Source of the DNA: Laetmonice hystrix
Taxonomy: Eukaryota
Direction of reading: 5' to 3'
Assembly: GCA_965235115.1 (NCBI GenBank)
Contig: OZ249436.1
Coordinates: forward strand, 31,932,001 to 31,996,000
Length of the DNA stretch: 64,000 nt
Shown: one piece after another, positions 37,731-51,894 of the stretch
How positions within the stretch are numbered: position 1 is the stretch's first letter
Layout: each line of letters begins with the position of its first letter
Notes under the pieces: model-generated
Told to the model about the DNA's origin: nothing
The model's input: the letters and a program-made list of their open reading frames with translations, nothing else
The model's database searches: none
Translations under genes and position numbers: made by a program

Positions 37731-39481
37731 GTCCACCCTGATATCCCCTGACATCACTATGATCGATGGTTTTCGTCTATGTTCTAACAAATTTTGCTTA
37801 TAAGCTGTCAACGTTAACGCTACCTTTCTCTACGCAACTGGTGCGTCAGTTTTTCGTTCCTCCCAAACTGGAGAGCAGTGGTTCAAGCATGCGCAGTGGG
37901 AGATTAGCCCAAGGAGCAGACGCTAATGGCGGCCACCAGCAGCGGAGTAGGTTCTAAGCAGGCTCCGGCACTAAAGTGCTTATATCTTAACTATTTGAGC
38001 ACCAATTGTGTTCAAATCTTTTTTTAAATTGCTTAGAATATCACGGCCTGTGTGCCTGGCCTGTACACACTGGCGGTGGACGTTTCTTTTAAAGCAGACA
38101 TTCGACTCCTCCCATAAACACCTGACAAAGCATTTGCTTGCTATCATACAAATATTAATACCTGGATTATGGCCACATTAATAAGGTGAGCAATTACCAT
38201 TGTCCGTTATACCTTTGTAATCCGAACACCTTTCCCGTCGTGTATGGCCGCAGGAGAAGCAGGTGCAATGTTCTTGTCACTTCCATTGTTCAACTATTGA
38301 ATACTCGCCCCCTCCCCCGTCTTGTTCTCATTTATCAATCCTTCCCCATGTTCTTCTGGTATTTCAAGGTACAACCGCATTTTGCTACCGAATACACCAT
38401 TTATATGTATGGAAAATGAGTTTTTCTTTACTCCCGCACTGTTGAGGGAGTCCACAGGCGTGTTTTTATCAAAAAAATATCCTGCATTCTACATTCTCCA
38501 AAACGATACACCAGCTCTATATTTCTTTAAGAAATGAGATATGCTATTATTTACTTCGCTATGCAATATTTAAGTCGAATGATAAAGTAAAATGAACAGA
38601 ATGATATATCCATCCTTTAAGAATATGACATACATAATATCTGAATCCAAATGGTGCTAATATATCAGGTTCACCCAGATTTTGACTCGGCCCCGTCTGT
38701 AGTATCGATCTGGCACGATATCTTGTTGTGATCCTCGGGGGATTTGGCTTAAATCCTACCTGGTTTGGAGTCCGAGTCGGGCTGACTGCTACGACAGAGT
38801 CATGGCCCCGTGTGTATACGTGTCGGAGCCACACACACAACAACTCTTGTTCCAACTGGCTCGGAGTCAAGCTCAATCAATAGACAGAGGGCACATCTGT
38901 CATACAGGCCTTGGATCACACATGGCAAACATTCAGCCTCACTCATTCTTGTATGTTTGCTCGGTACACGGTGCTATAGGCTGTCAGTTTATACGTATGG
39001 CCATAATACATAACCTACTTTTGACAGGGTACCCGACTGTCAAAACTTAAGTTGTTACGTAAGCTTAACGCTTCAGATTGACGGGTCTAAGCAAACCAGC
39101 CAGTCAGAAGCGTTAAGCGTCAGCTTAACCAAAAACTTAATTTCTGAAAAACTGAGCCCTGAGCACATTGGCAAATTCCTCAGAAATTCCCCTTCCACTG
39201 GACTTGAAAGGGCCTGAATGTGGCTCCATCTGGTGTGTAATCCTGCATCTGTATCCATTTAATCGTCTCCAGACTCTGTGCCCGGTAAACATCACGATGG
39301 AACCTATTCCGCACTCATGTACGTCCAAATTTGTAGAGCTCTTGATACGAAGAATATGAGGAAATCTACCTTGGGTTGATTTTTTTCAGCCCCCCCCCCC
39401 CACCTGAAAAAAACAAACATTCAATTCTACTCCAGACCAACAGTTAGAATTAGTCAGGATTGTGCAAAGTTTGATTCTTAC

Positions 39482-39565
39482 CTTAAGCTTACGCCTGGCA
39501 TTGAACTTCTTCAAACAGTCGACAGTCTCTTGCCGGTGCACTACAGATGCAACGCGTTCCCTCTG
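39482..39565 (-). CDS. CaMKII: CaMKII regulatory exon [28 protein letters not shown] (Thr286/287 autophosphorylation site)
   Basis: 84 nt, ttgcag/gtaaga ends, phase 0-0. The acceptor is a CAGCAG tandem. Confidence 0.98.
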
Positions 39566-42500
39566 CTGCAAAGACACAAGTACGACACGCGGTGAGAATA
39601 AATACAATCCTACGAGGGAAGAGAGTCCTCTCTAAAAAAGCCATTGCCCAGTGAAGGAATGAGAGCCCAACATGAGGGAGGCCTTAACCTAAAGAGTCAA
39701 CGGGAGAGTCTGAAGTGCGAAATACCTTCTTTTTTTGGGTGGGTGGGGTAAAAAGACCCCCCCCCCCGAGCAATGGGACCAATGACAAGCCACTGGTCAA
39801 GCTACAGCTAACTAATATATCCTCTCTCGCCTACCAGCAAAGGAAGTAATGATGTACAGTTTTAATGCTAAACTACCCCGCTAATATTTGACCATGCCGC
39901 CATTACTACAACGGTCATTATCTTCATATTTACATACTTTTGTATACACTTAAAAAGATGAAAATTCCCTAGTGATCCGATGTATTATCAGTATACATGT
40001 ACCTAGTATGAACCATGCAGTATACAAGTAGCCCTCCCACAACGCTCATGCTAATGCTTCATTCATCTAAGCGTCGTTCATAACCGACATGCCGATTCAG
40101 GACATGTGCCATACTACTTTCTGAACTCCCTGTCACCTTGTCTGTCTTATTATCTTTTAGAGTGACTTCATTCGAGCAATCAATAAACAGTAATGTTCAC
40201 GCTTGTCTACGCTCGTGGCTCCCCCTATGGGATTCCCAGTAAACCAAGCCCGCTCACTCCATCAATATCTCCCAGCTGTATTATTACCCCAGGAGGACCC
40301 AATTAGTGTCCACGGACGAATAATTTACAACACCCAACGGAGGACATCCACTAAGGCTTTCCTTTATCAAATTCAGAAATGCATAATCTTTACAAATTTC
40401 GTTTTAATGCTGCTTTAAATCATTGTAAGGACCAATATACCTGGGGATGGAACGTCTCACTTTATGACTTTTATTGACTGGTGGCGTTGGTTCACTTTTC
40501 ATTAATAAATATCACTGTGCCATTCCTTCTAGTTAACTGTATATAATCGATGCCAACCAATCAGAAACGGATCCAGAATTTTCAGTTGGGGGTGGGGGGG
40601 GGGGGGCAAGATTCAGATCTTTCAGTCGGTGGGGGGGGGGGGGGGGGGGCAAAGCGCGGATCCAGGATCTCAGTTGTGCACACTTTCTTTAATTTGCGAT
40701 TTTTTTACGGGGGAGGAAGGGCCCTTTGGATCCGCCCTTGCTGATTATGCCAGCCTTAAAATTCTGCCTCTATAAGTGTCTGTCAAAGGGTTAACCTTAG
40801 AAAGTGTGTATACCAGCGCGGCCGCACCCACGGCAGCTAGTGGTACATACGTCTAGGTCTATATCAGGTGATACTGAGAGAAAGAGAGAGAGACAGCCAC
40901 TGCTGAACTGAGGTGCACTTACCAACTACCTGACTACATGTATAATAGATGAGTGACCTGGTATAGAAGATAGAATCTGAGAGAAAATCTCCGTGATCGG
41001 TGAACGTGTTGTTAAAATGACCGTTAACCCCTGTTTTATAAGGAACAATGACGAAGCCAGCTAGGGTTTCCCCCAAAGTGACTCTATCAATGAATTCAGG
41101 GATCTCCGTAAAGTGACAGTTTGCGCTTCAAGTGAATAATGAACGTAGGTGCCATAAAAGCCAATCTGAAAGTTCACTGGCCAATTCCCATCAATGAAGT
41201 TAAGACAGTAAGAGATATTTTCTGGGTGTTTCCTAAACAGAATCGATATTCCCAACACCAGGATGTTCTTAAGGCGAAGATTCGCATACCCCAATTCTGG
41301 ATGCACTAACTTACCAAAGATTTTACAGAATCGGAGCCATCTTGAATATTTGCAGTCAAGAACAAGCCACACCCTTACCAAATGTGGCTTCCCACCTAAC
41401 ATCAGAAAAACACATACCGTACATGTCACAGTTGCCACTAAGTTCAATGCAGTTGACTACTAATTCCTTTCAGATGTTAACAAAATGGTAAAGCTCCAAA
41501 GAGGACCCAGGACCTCTACAAGATCCATAAGCACCGGTACTTTCTCTATCCCTGTTGCCACGACTTGAAAACCTAATCAGTAGTACAAGTTTTTTCTACG
41601 ACGGTTTCGAAGTATCAAAAATTCCGAACGTGATTACTGAGCAGATATCAGCATTAAGATATCGAGGGAATGAAGGACAAACGTATTCCCTTGCCCTTCC
41701 TACCAATCCCAGCTGTTGGGCTCTGATACAAAGGCAGTGAGACAGTGGCAAATGTGACCTTGACAATGCATCGACAACACAACTGTTCTGACTTGGCATC
41801 TACATTACCTCTTTGACCATGTCATACATGAGGTGGCCTGACCACACCACAGATATAATATCACAAGAAATAATTTATGAACAACGTACTAGTACTTATA
41901 GACCATCAGAAAATTACTGGTTTTCACTTTCTACCTTTGGGCAACAATTTTAGTGTGTTGACTCTTTGACACTCAGTACAGAGCACATATCGATGTTGTT
42001 GTTGTTGTGGTTGTTGGTTTTGTGAAACAGGCGATTCTTTAATAGGTACCGTCGTCCTAGTAATCAGTAACTTCAGTGTTCTTGCGTTCTATGACAATCT
42101 TTCTTAGCTAGCAAACACTACCGTCACACCTACGGCAGGCGTTAGCATCATGCGGCGCAAACAAACAACGGCCTGCGCCAGGCCTGGGCCCGCTTTGCCC
42201 AAAGTTTAGTTCTTACTGAAACTTAAACTGAAGTCAAATCTTACATTTTGAAAAACCGAGAGCTGCTGCTTTCCGCAACCCCGTGACACTGTTCAGACAA
42301 CCTCTCTTCGTATCTTTGCTCTAGGTCCCCTGCTTTATAAATCTTCTGTCAAAATATCTATCTCCCCAACGCTACTTCATGGCCCTCGGGATTTTTGGAT
42401 TCGGTTGTGCCTGCTGGTACACATGAATCAAACATACCTGTATCGAAGCCCACTTGACATTCTTGAGGCCAAGAACTTGAATAGACCTTAGTGTTAGAAT

Positions 42501-43860
42501 TACATGTAACCCTTTGATATGTTAACCCAACTGCCCGTACCATTCTTTTGCTGCTTCCAGCCAAGAAATGACAGTAGATTGAATGTTCCTTGTGTCTTTA
42601 ACATTTTCCTCGACAAAGTGTACCACACAACCATAGCACCATAAATACAAAGTCGGGCTCCAAACAAATTCTCCTAGAAAATTAATGTGTGAACGGTAAA
42701 CTCCTCATGACTATCAAGCTAAGGGTCCGAATACATCCCGCGCAATAACTTTGCGGAAAATTTTAACGTTTCTAAAAATATATGTAAAGTCTCCGGTACG
42801 GCTACGTATTAAAAAAAAGCTCAATTTTAAAGGGTTAAAATACAATATCCCTTAAACTAGACTGAATGTAAATACAACCAATCAAACAGTCTAATTGCTA
42901 TATTAGTCCATGTAACCAGTGATTGAACAAATTTTCAGGCAGGAGCCAAATCCCATATTACCATAAGCAATACAAAGGTCTGTGGGAAGCCTAAACCTTG
43001 GTAAGTCAAACACAAACCCAACCACCTTAACCTTACAGCCTTCATGATCATGTGCCACTGTGACTCTCTGGCAATCTATCCATAGCCGCCCTCAAAGGAA
43101 GGTTAGTATCTTATTTTTCGGACTGTCTCGTACTGCGCAAAGAGCTATAAATTTACAGCGAACTGCGATCGCCGTGCCTGTACTTGATACTTAGCAGTAG
43201 TGACACCGGTCCCATTGTTAGTCTTTTACTCAAGTTATTCCCTGAATGTACAAATGTCTGTGACGATATTTAGGTGTATGCGTGTTGATAAAGACAGACT
43301 GTATCCTACTGGCTACTAAACTGGTCATACTGGGGATGACAGCAGCGCACGACAAACAGCTTCTAGGACATACTGATATAACACCAACATAGGGGGCGGG
43401 GGGGGGAGGGGGGGGGGGCAAGATACAGAGAACGGTTTAGGGGGAGCTGGCATAATACTGCTCAGCCGTCATGTGGCTAGAATGACAATGTCAAATGTTA
43501 TGTGCACAATGATATGACATACAAGTTTACCCCAAAGTCTCCAGAGTCTATGCCGGCACACAGATATCAATGCTAAAACAGGCCAATACCGCTAATATGA
43601 TTTCCAACTGTGGCGTTTATCAAGTGTCAAATGTTTGAGTGGTGAGGGGCTAGGAAAGGAGTGAGGTTTGGAAGGTCACACTTTGACAAACTGCACTGAT
43701 CAGGGCTAGGGGATGGGGATTGAGGGCGCGGGGGTCCACTTCACAACAGACTGGTATACAAGGGAATCCACTGAGGGGATTTGTCAGTACATCCATTTAT
43801 CGTACATACCAATAACTACACATTATTACGGCGCAGTCAGGCAGAGAAATGATATATTCT

Positions 43861-44075
43861 TTACAGGTTACAAAGCAGACCTCAACGGTAGATTTTTTAC
43901 AGGTTACAGAGCAGACCTCAAGGATAGATTTTGTTCTTACAGGTTACAGAGCAGACCTCAAGGGTAGATTTTGTTCTTACAGGTTACGGTGCAGACCTCA
44001 AGGGTAGATTTTGTTCTTACAGCTTACGGTGCAGACCTCAAGGGTAGAATTTAAAGGTTACAGAGCAGACCTCAA
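43861..44075. repeat. About 40-bp tandem repeat TTACAGGTTACAGAGCAGACCTCAAGGGTAGATTTTGTTC, about 6 units
   Basis: Directly visible units, degenerate at the ends. Confidence 0.9.
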
Positions 44076-47000
44076 GCTAGTAAAACTGATTATTTATCAA
44101 TAGGCTGAATGCAAACCGCACGCGAGGAAAAGCCCTGTGTTGAGGATTAGTAAAAACTTGCTTGATGATGCAGTTAATCGTATTAAAGTCATGCTCACTG
44201 TTACTCAATCCAGAACCAAAACCTTAACTACCTTATGAGCTGCTCCAATCTTTTTGCACTCTGGTCATCACCCTTTTTTTGTTTGGTCTTAAATTTTGTC
44301 AACCCATGCTTATTTGGAGGGGGGTTCGTATTTTTGCAACGGACGAACTGAAATCATATGCACATGAAATGCTTATGACATCTTGCTCAGTCAGAAAATA
44401 TAATTCCACCTAAAGCTAGGTCTAGACTACACCTTCCATCGTGAAAAAAGCTGTCGATGACTGGCTTCTTACATTCGCAAAAGGAAATATTTAGGAACTG
44501 ATCGAAATCACTGCAAATCTCTAAAGCATCGCCAGAAAATAACTGGGCAAGTGCAAAAATATTTAAAGCAAACACCCCTTACGCCAATGAATGAAAGGGA
44601 TCTAGCAAGACAATCTCCTAGTTAGCGCTCAACAACTCTAAGATTTGGAATTTTTATATAGAAATATTGCCCATAGGACAAGTACTTGCCTCAGGCTTCA
44701 GCAAGTTTAGAGTGCAAGAGGAAGGTCAAGTTCAAGGTCATAAGGTCAAGGTCATACTTGTCAAAGCAACAGATCAGTTACACTTGTCCTTGGGCTACAC
44801 TTCAAAATACCGAGTGACAAATCCAAGTTTGTACTCCGGGGCAAGTGGCGAAGGAATTGTGCATATAACCCAGGTATCGCCTCTAAGTATAATTTACTAA
44901 AGATAAAGATACAAATAAAACACAACAGACTTTTCTGTAAAAGTCATAAAATAAGGCCATAAAGAGACATCTATGAAACCTGCATTTAAGTAGGGGTTTT
45001 CTTGGGATCTATTGCACAGCAAGGAGAAGTCACTGGTTATTGTAGTGCCGTAATTTTCACGAGTTCCACCAGGTGGCACTGCCATTAGCAATAATACTCA
45101 GAAAGCTAAGAAGGTTTGGGGTCTCAACAATTTTTCTTACACGTAATCGTTACGAAAGGTTCAATTCAAAATGGATGGCACACAAAGGCATACAGTTAAA
45201 CATATTGGACATTGCTGACTATTCAAAATGGCTTTCACTGTGTAAAAGCTGTTTTTCAATTTCCTTTCAAGAGTTTGAAAAAATAAAACTAACATGCAAA
45301 ACAGTCATTACACAGCGCACGATGGGTATGGAATACGGTCACACAAATGAATAAAGACTTTTCGACATTGAAATAACTTCGGGACCAAACACTTGTATGT
45401 TACACACACAAACAAACAGAAATAATCATTCACAATGTCATAAGGTTTGTATCATGATTGCGAAGTGAACCTAATTCACCGTTTCAGAAGTAGGTGTTAC
45501 ACCATGTACCAGATAGTTTACAACATATTCGACTTGTGAACACTGGAGAACAGCACTGTACAATGGCGATATGTTGAGGAGGGACAAACAATAGGAGGGT
45601 TGGTCGAACCAAGGTTGGCAAGCACAGAGGTTTGTAATAAAAAGCACAGTTTGTCCAACACTTAATGCCAAGAGAAAAATACCTCTATTCTTCAGATAAA
45701 AGTGGCAGCTAAGCGAAATAAATTCTGATCCAATTTACACCCACGTGGGTTTTACTTTGACTAAGACTAAGTCCTGAAGGAGCGTTGGTCTTTTCAACTT
45801 TAAATAATTACCTTGACCTTATGAGTACTCTCTCAGCAAAAAGTAGAATTTTGCCTTGTCCAAACAATAGTGCTGGAATAAAACTGTGCCAGTTTTGGTC
45901 GAGTGGCAATAGACACATAGAAGAGAGTTTCACAGAGTGTTGCGGGATACGGATTTTCCCCTTTGTTACGCAATATGAGAGATAAACAAAGAAATCCCTC
46001 CTAATTTTACTTTCATACTTGTGCATAGAAATGTTCGTGTATGAATGACTGTATGCACTGAAATATACGTTTTTCAATTTAGAAGGGAATAGTTTGGACC
46101 TAAGATAATAAAACCTTGACCTGCCGAGGATCGTTACCCGACAGTAGTGGCCCTAAGCCATCAGGTATTTCGTCAATGGTTCTTTTTTAATCATTTTAAA
46201 CGCACGCCAATCAACCGTGAAGACACCAGAGCTACATTACGAATTCTTCTTTCCCCTCACCGAAGAGAAACACCAGCGTTTATCACTAACTATAACTATA
46301 ATTACATCATGTATCAATTACATTTTCAGGTCAAATTGAGTAGGGAAATAAATGCAAGTAAAGTTTACTGAAACAGTACACCCTAACCGGTGGGCTGATA
46401 AAACAGCTTCGTGGGAGCAGTGAAAAGAAACGAGACAGCGGCTTCAAGTGAACACAAGCTAGATGTAATAAAAGGTCCTATCACAAGGCATAGGATCTCT
46501 AACGCCTTTAGAAAATCTCCTCCACAAGTACCTTGAAAAAATGCAGCTTACCTACCCCAAACTGCTAGGACCAAGGTCCCATTCAACTTTTGTCAAACTG
46601 AAATGCATCATACTCAGACCACATCAAAGCTCTGGAAAAAAAGGTCCGCTTGAGAAGGGCGACCTCTTCTAGACGACCTCGGTGGGACTCAAATCAATCT
46701 ATGAATTACTCCTTTGTATATGTCTATTGGCTTCCGACACCGCCTTCTCCGGCTGGGTTGAACTTCACACCTTGGGTTAAGTATAGGATCAGTTCAGATC
46801 AGGGGGTATTAACGTAAACTATCACCCAGTCTGTGAATGACCTAAGTTAGCATCCATGTCTAATTATCATCGCTACCCAGAGTCCGCCCCGCTCTGAGGT
46901 GATCCTAGGCTTGGTTATGTTGGAGGGATAAGTCGGTGCCTGAAGCGAGGGTTTGGGACGATGGTTTTTCTTTTCTTTATGGGTCAAAGGAGCATGGGGG

Positions 47001-47077
47001 TGAGGGTATGTGGAATGTGGGGTACCGGCTGGTGGGGGTTGGTTGGTGGGGTCTGTAATGACTGAGAGGGTACTTAC

Positions 47078-47200
47078 ACAGATCCATGGGTGCCTCAGAG
47101 CGTCGGCAGCATTGATACGTTTAGCAGGGTTGACTGTCAACATACTGTTGATGAGGTTCTTTGCCTCCGGTGTCACAGTATCCCATTCTGGTGACGGGTA
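47078..47200 (-). CDS. CaMKII: CaMKII kinase exon [41 protein letters not shown]
   Basis: 123 nt, tttcag/gtaagt ends, phase 0-0. Confidence 0.98.
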
Positions 47201-47398
47201 CTGAAAGTACAAACCACGTCACCAATATCACCTACAAACCTTAACGACATCCCCGCCAATGTAACTTCGTAACATCGTCCAAAATAAACTTCAGATCGAA
47301 CTTTCCGAAACCCTTGTATAATACACATATAATAGACATTCTTATCCGGTATAGTTAATTACGTAAAAGGTTCAATAACTTAGTACCTCGATACATTT

Positions 47399-47887
47399 AT
47401 ACAAGAAACAGACCCTCTTCATGTATACACTCCTCTTAATACAAGAAACAGCTCCTCTTCATGTATACACTCCTCTTAATACAAGAAACAGCTCCTCTTC
47501 ATGTATACACTCCTCTTAATACAAGAAACAGCTCCTCTTCATGTATACACTCCTCTTAATACAAGAAACAGCTCCTCTCCATGTATACACTCCTCTTAAT
47601 ACAAGAAACAGACCCTCGTCATGTATACACTCCTCTTAATACAAGAAACAGCTCCTCTCCATGTATACACTCCTCTTAATACAAGAAACAGACCCTCTTC
47701 ATGTATACACTCCTCTTAATACAAGAAACAGACCCTCTTCATGTAAACACTCCTCTTAATACAAGAAACAGACCCTCGTCATGTATACACTCCTCTTAAT
47801 ACAAGAAACAGCTCCTCTCCATGTATACACTCCTCTTAATACAAGAAACAGACCCTCGTCATGTATACACTCCTCTTGATACAAGAA
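47399..47887. repeat. 40-bp minisatellite ATACAAGAAACAGACCCTCTTCATGTATACACTCCTCTTA, about 12 units
   Basis: Exact 40-bp period (ACAAGAAACA at 47401, 47441, 47481...). Confidence 0.96.
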
Positions 47888-47905
47888 TTGAGCCTTTCCA
47901 CTCAC

Positions 47906-48000
47906 GTCGTAAGCTCCAGCCTTTATTTGTGCATATAGCCTGTGCTGATCTTCGTCCCAGAACGGAGGGTAGCCAACCAACAAAATGTACAATATCACAC
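47906..48000 (-). CDS. CaMKII: CaMKII kinase exon (G)[31 protein letters not shown]
   Basis: 95 nt, tttcag/gtgagt ends, phase 1-0. Confidence 0.98.
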
Positions 48001-49333
48001 CTGAAACACACAAATCAGCACACATCAAAAAAATTCTCCAACATCGGGCTGGAAGTATTAAGGACTGAGGACATTCTGGCGGCAACTGTTATAGAACCAG
48101 ATAAACACAGTTCCCTGCTAGAAGACTTCAGTTATGCCACCGAAGACCTCAGGGTGATTTCTCAAATTTTCTTAATTATTTTGTAATCTTCTTGCTCGCA
48201 CCGAAGAAAAATACCCCAACTCATTTTCTAAACCTATATGCACACGCCACCTAGAGGATGTTGGTAGAACTAATTCCATTTTTGCCACCAGGTGGCGTAA
48301 GCTGCGCTGAGGCTGGATTTGGCGTCTACCGGCCACACAGCAAAGCAGCAGGAGCATGCCGGGAGCCATGTAAACCCTTCTCCCAGAGACCTTGCTATGT
48401 CGGCCATCTCCTAGCAGTTCCCTTGAAGGCAGACCCAGTGCGGTAGGGTCCACAATCATAACATCATAGTATAGTGTCACCAATAATGATGTGAACTCCT
48501 CCACAACAGACTCCCCCCTCCCCTTCTCTCCCACCACACCGCCCACATTCCAACAGTTGGGGCCCAAACATCTGTCTGGCGGCCTATATTTAGACTCCCT
48601 CCTGATATGCTTAGATCATCCCGGCACTGCTTGTTTCTGTTCTTGATCCGTGGCCGAGCGATCAGAGCTGCGTTTGATGGATGTATAATTAAGGCCTGTC
48701 GGTGTGGGTCCCGTCAACAGTGCCGGGCGGGAGGGACGGCTATCGCTCGCCGGGTGGGGCCACTCTCTGGGCAGGTGTTCTTGGCGTGCCCCACCCCTCC
48801 CACCCACCCGTAACTACGTTTTGATGTTCTCAATCACCAAGGCAATTGATCTGTTCTGTAGGCAGTGTCCAGGTTCTAAGGAGAAGGACGGCACCCACGC
48901 TTCTTAACGCCCCCTACCTCCTTCACTGCCACACGCGGAAAAAACAAATTACGTAAACTGCAGACCTAACCATGGAACGGCGGGGGGGGGGGGGTGGCTG
49001 TCCAGTTGGATCTCTTCCACTGGTCCGTATAGTGTAGAAGGTTCAATCCTGATAGCTCTACTATCAATGAAGTTTCCTTTTAGCAGAAACTGGGAAGTGC
49101 CTCCCCTGTGGACTTCCTGTTACTATATGTGTAATACTTATTACAATGTACACACTTAATGAAGACAAATACTAGCTGAAAACGACAGCTTCACGTTGTG
49201 ACGACGGATGCTGTGCTTGTTCGGTTATTAGATTGTACACCTGACGGATTCGTGTTTTAATGAATGAACTATGTTTTATTTCTCTGACTGAAACTTAAGT
49301 TTCCCATTAATCGTTCACATTTCGTTGCGTTCA

Positions 49334-49865
<532 letters not shown>

Positions 49866-51894
49866 TTACAACTTCAAGGGTTATAAAAAGTATTACTGGA
49901 AACTAGTTATTAGAACTAGTAAAGAAGATACGCCAGGACACTGTTGTCTGTTTATGAAAGGCCACATTATAGAGTGCCGCTTATGGTAAAACTCCGATCG
50001 GGCCGTAATCCACATATGTATATGAATCAATAAGACGAAAAAAAATGATAATAAAAAAGCGAACGGACCCCACCTGTAAGGACTTACTGATAATTTAAAT
50101 AACAACTGACCATTTAATAATTTATTTTTTCAATGATTCTTACTATTATTCTTGAACATACCTCAAATTAGGATTAATCAAACAATTACGAAAGCATTTT
50201 AAAGCTTACTTTACGATTAATAGCACTTAGAAATTGGCTGTGTATGATTTAACTGTTGATTTATTTCAAGCTCTGGGACAATAAATTCGTTCTGCCTCGT
50301 CCCTCGACAATATTCCTTATTATCTTCTTAACGACAGCATATATGTGACGGCGGGGTCAGTATGCAGTGGTGTGTGTGCGGCCAGTCGCAGCGACACCCC
50401 GGCCCAGGATAGTAGGAATGTGTACATGCAGCTAATACATGTACGACGATGGATGGCGGTAGGGGCTTGGGTCAGAGACGGTCCCCAGGCAGGCCGTGCA
50501 TACTGATGCCGGTCCAAGAGGGGCATTACAGCCGTCCGCCGTTTGGCCGTCCGCCCGTCCTAGCGACACCTCATTAAGGGGTCTATTTCTTGAAGCGGTG
50601 GCCAGGACCCTAAAGGCGGATTGGCCCTACAGGTGGGGACGTCGGGTGGCAGACAGAAAGGCGAGCGTGTGCCGGGCATGCAAAGTGCCACATCCTCTGT
50701 TGTCGGGGATTTAGGAGTGGGCCCCGCCGGGCTGAGGCCATTGGGATGCGAGGGATAAGGAGGCTGAAGGAAGGCTGGGGAGATAGGGGTCAAGCGCCCA
50801 GCCATGGGCACCTCAATAAGGCCAGTTTTTTTTTTGGTTGTTGGGGGGGGGGGGGGGGGCAGAAAACAACGTCGTTCTGCTTATTCAATACACCGTACAA
50901 AACGACTAAATCCAGAAACGTCCGCTTTTCCATCCCCACCGCCCAATCGTGCATCAATGTGGCATATACCCCTGGGTCTAACAAAGACCGCCGCAGTACA
51001 AATATCCCACATGGTTTTATTGACGTAATCTCACGACGCTTCCCACCACAAGCTTGTCCCCTCATTCAAGGTCACGGCGGTTCATAGGACGCTTACACTG
51101 GGCCGGTGAGCACAAACTGACGCCTGACGCCAGTACACGGCTCACCAACACGAACAAGCGTCTTCGTTCTCCAAATTACAACTTCCAGGCAATGCGTTTT
51201 GCCTCATCACCACTGAAGGATGTTTTTCGTTGCGCGCTGGGAATGCCGAGATGAAATGAGTGCGTTGTTTATGCGGTTATTTTAATATTCAAAGGTACAG
51301 GAGAACACTGTACCAATTGCCTGCTTCCCAAGCCGTGTCCGACTCGAGACTTCACGCCAGACCTTGCCACGTTTTAGCGTACCCTAGGGGCTGATCCTCT
51401 GCACTGCAGACCGTTGCACTTTCTGAGGGAACTGACATGCATTTGTCTGGTTCTAAGCCAAAGCTCGCTGGTCTCCCTAGCGTGTAGGCTGGGGATGGGG
51501 CTTATTGGAACCCAAGCACCCGGGGTTCCGTATCGTACTGCGGTAGGGTTATCCAGGTCAAGGTAAGAGGTTTTCTCTGACGTCTGCACGCATGGAAGAG
51601 GTCCTCCAGTCGTAAGGCGTGCCGGATTCTCAGAAAGGATGAGATGTTTCAGGACCAAACCATCCAGGGTTCTCCAACGTTTGGAGGCAGGATGATGGTT
51701 ATCATAGACACAGTATTCAGGGTTCTCCAACGTATGGAGGTAAGGGCAAGGTTTATCCTGGATTTTTAAGAGTTCTGCATTCTGAAAACCTCGGCTATTT
51801 CCGGAATACCTATCTAGTATGATGACGTAGGAATTGGCCGACGGTGAGCCGAGTGTTGCCTGTTGGGTTCTGGTCACAGTGAATCAACAATACC

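Noticed and set aside
41061..41447. ORF beginning NLVATVTCT, resembling the CaMKII N-terminus
   Set aside because: TTG start, wrong position in the gene, and the similarity ends after six residues.
44700..46130. GGTCAAGGTCA / ACCTTGACCT motifs suggesting a dispersed repeat or nuclear-receptor sites
   Set aside because: Probably old repeat fragments, but no ends, TSD or family could be defined.
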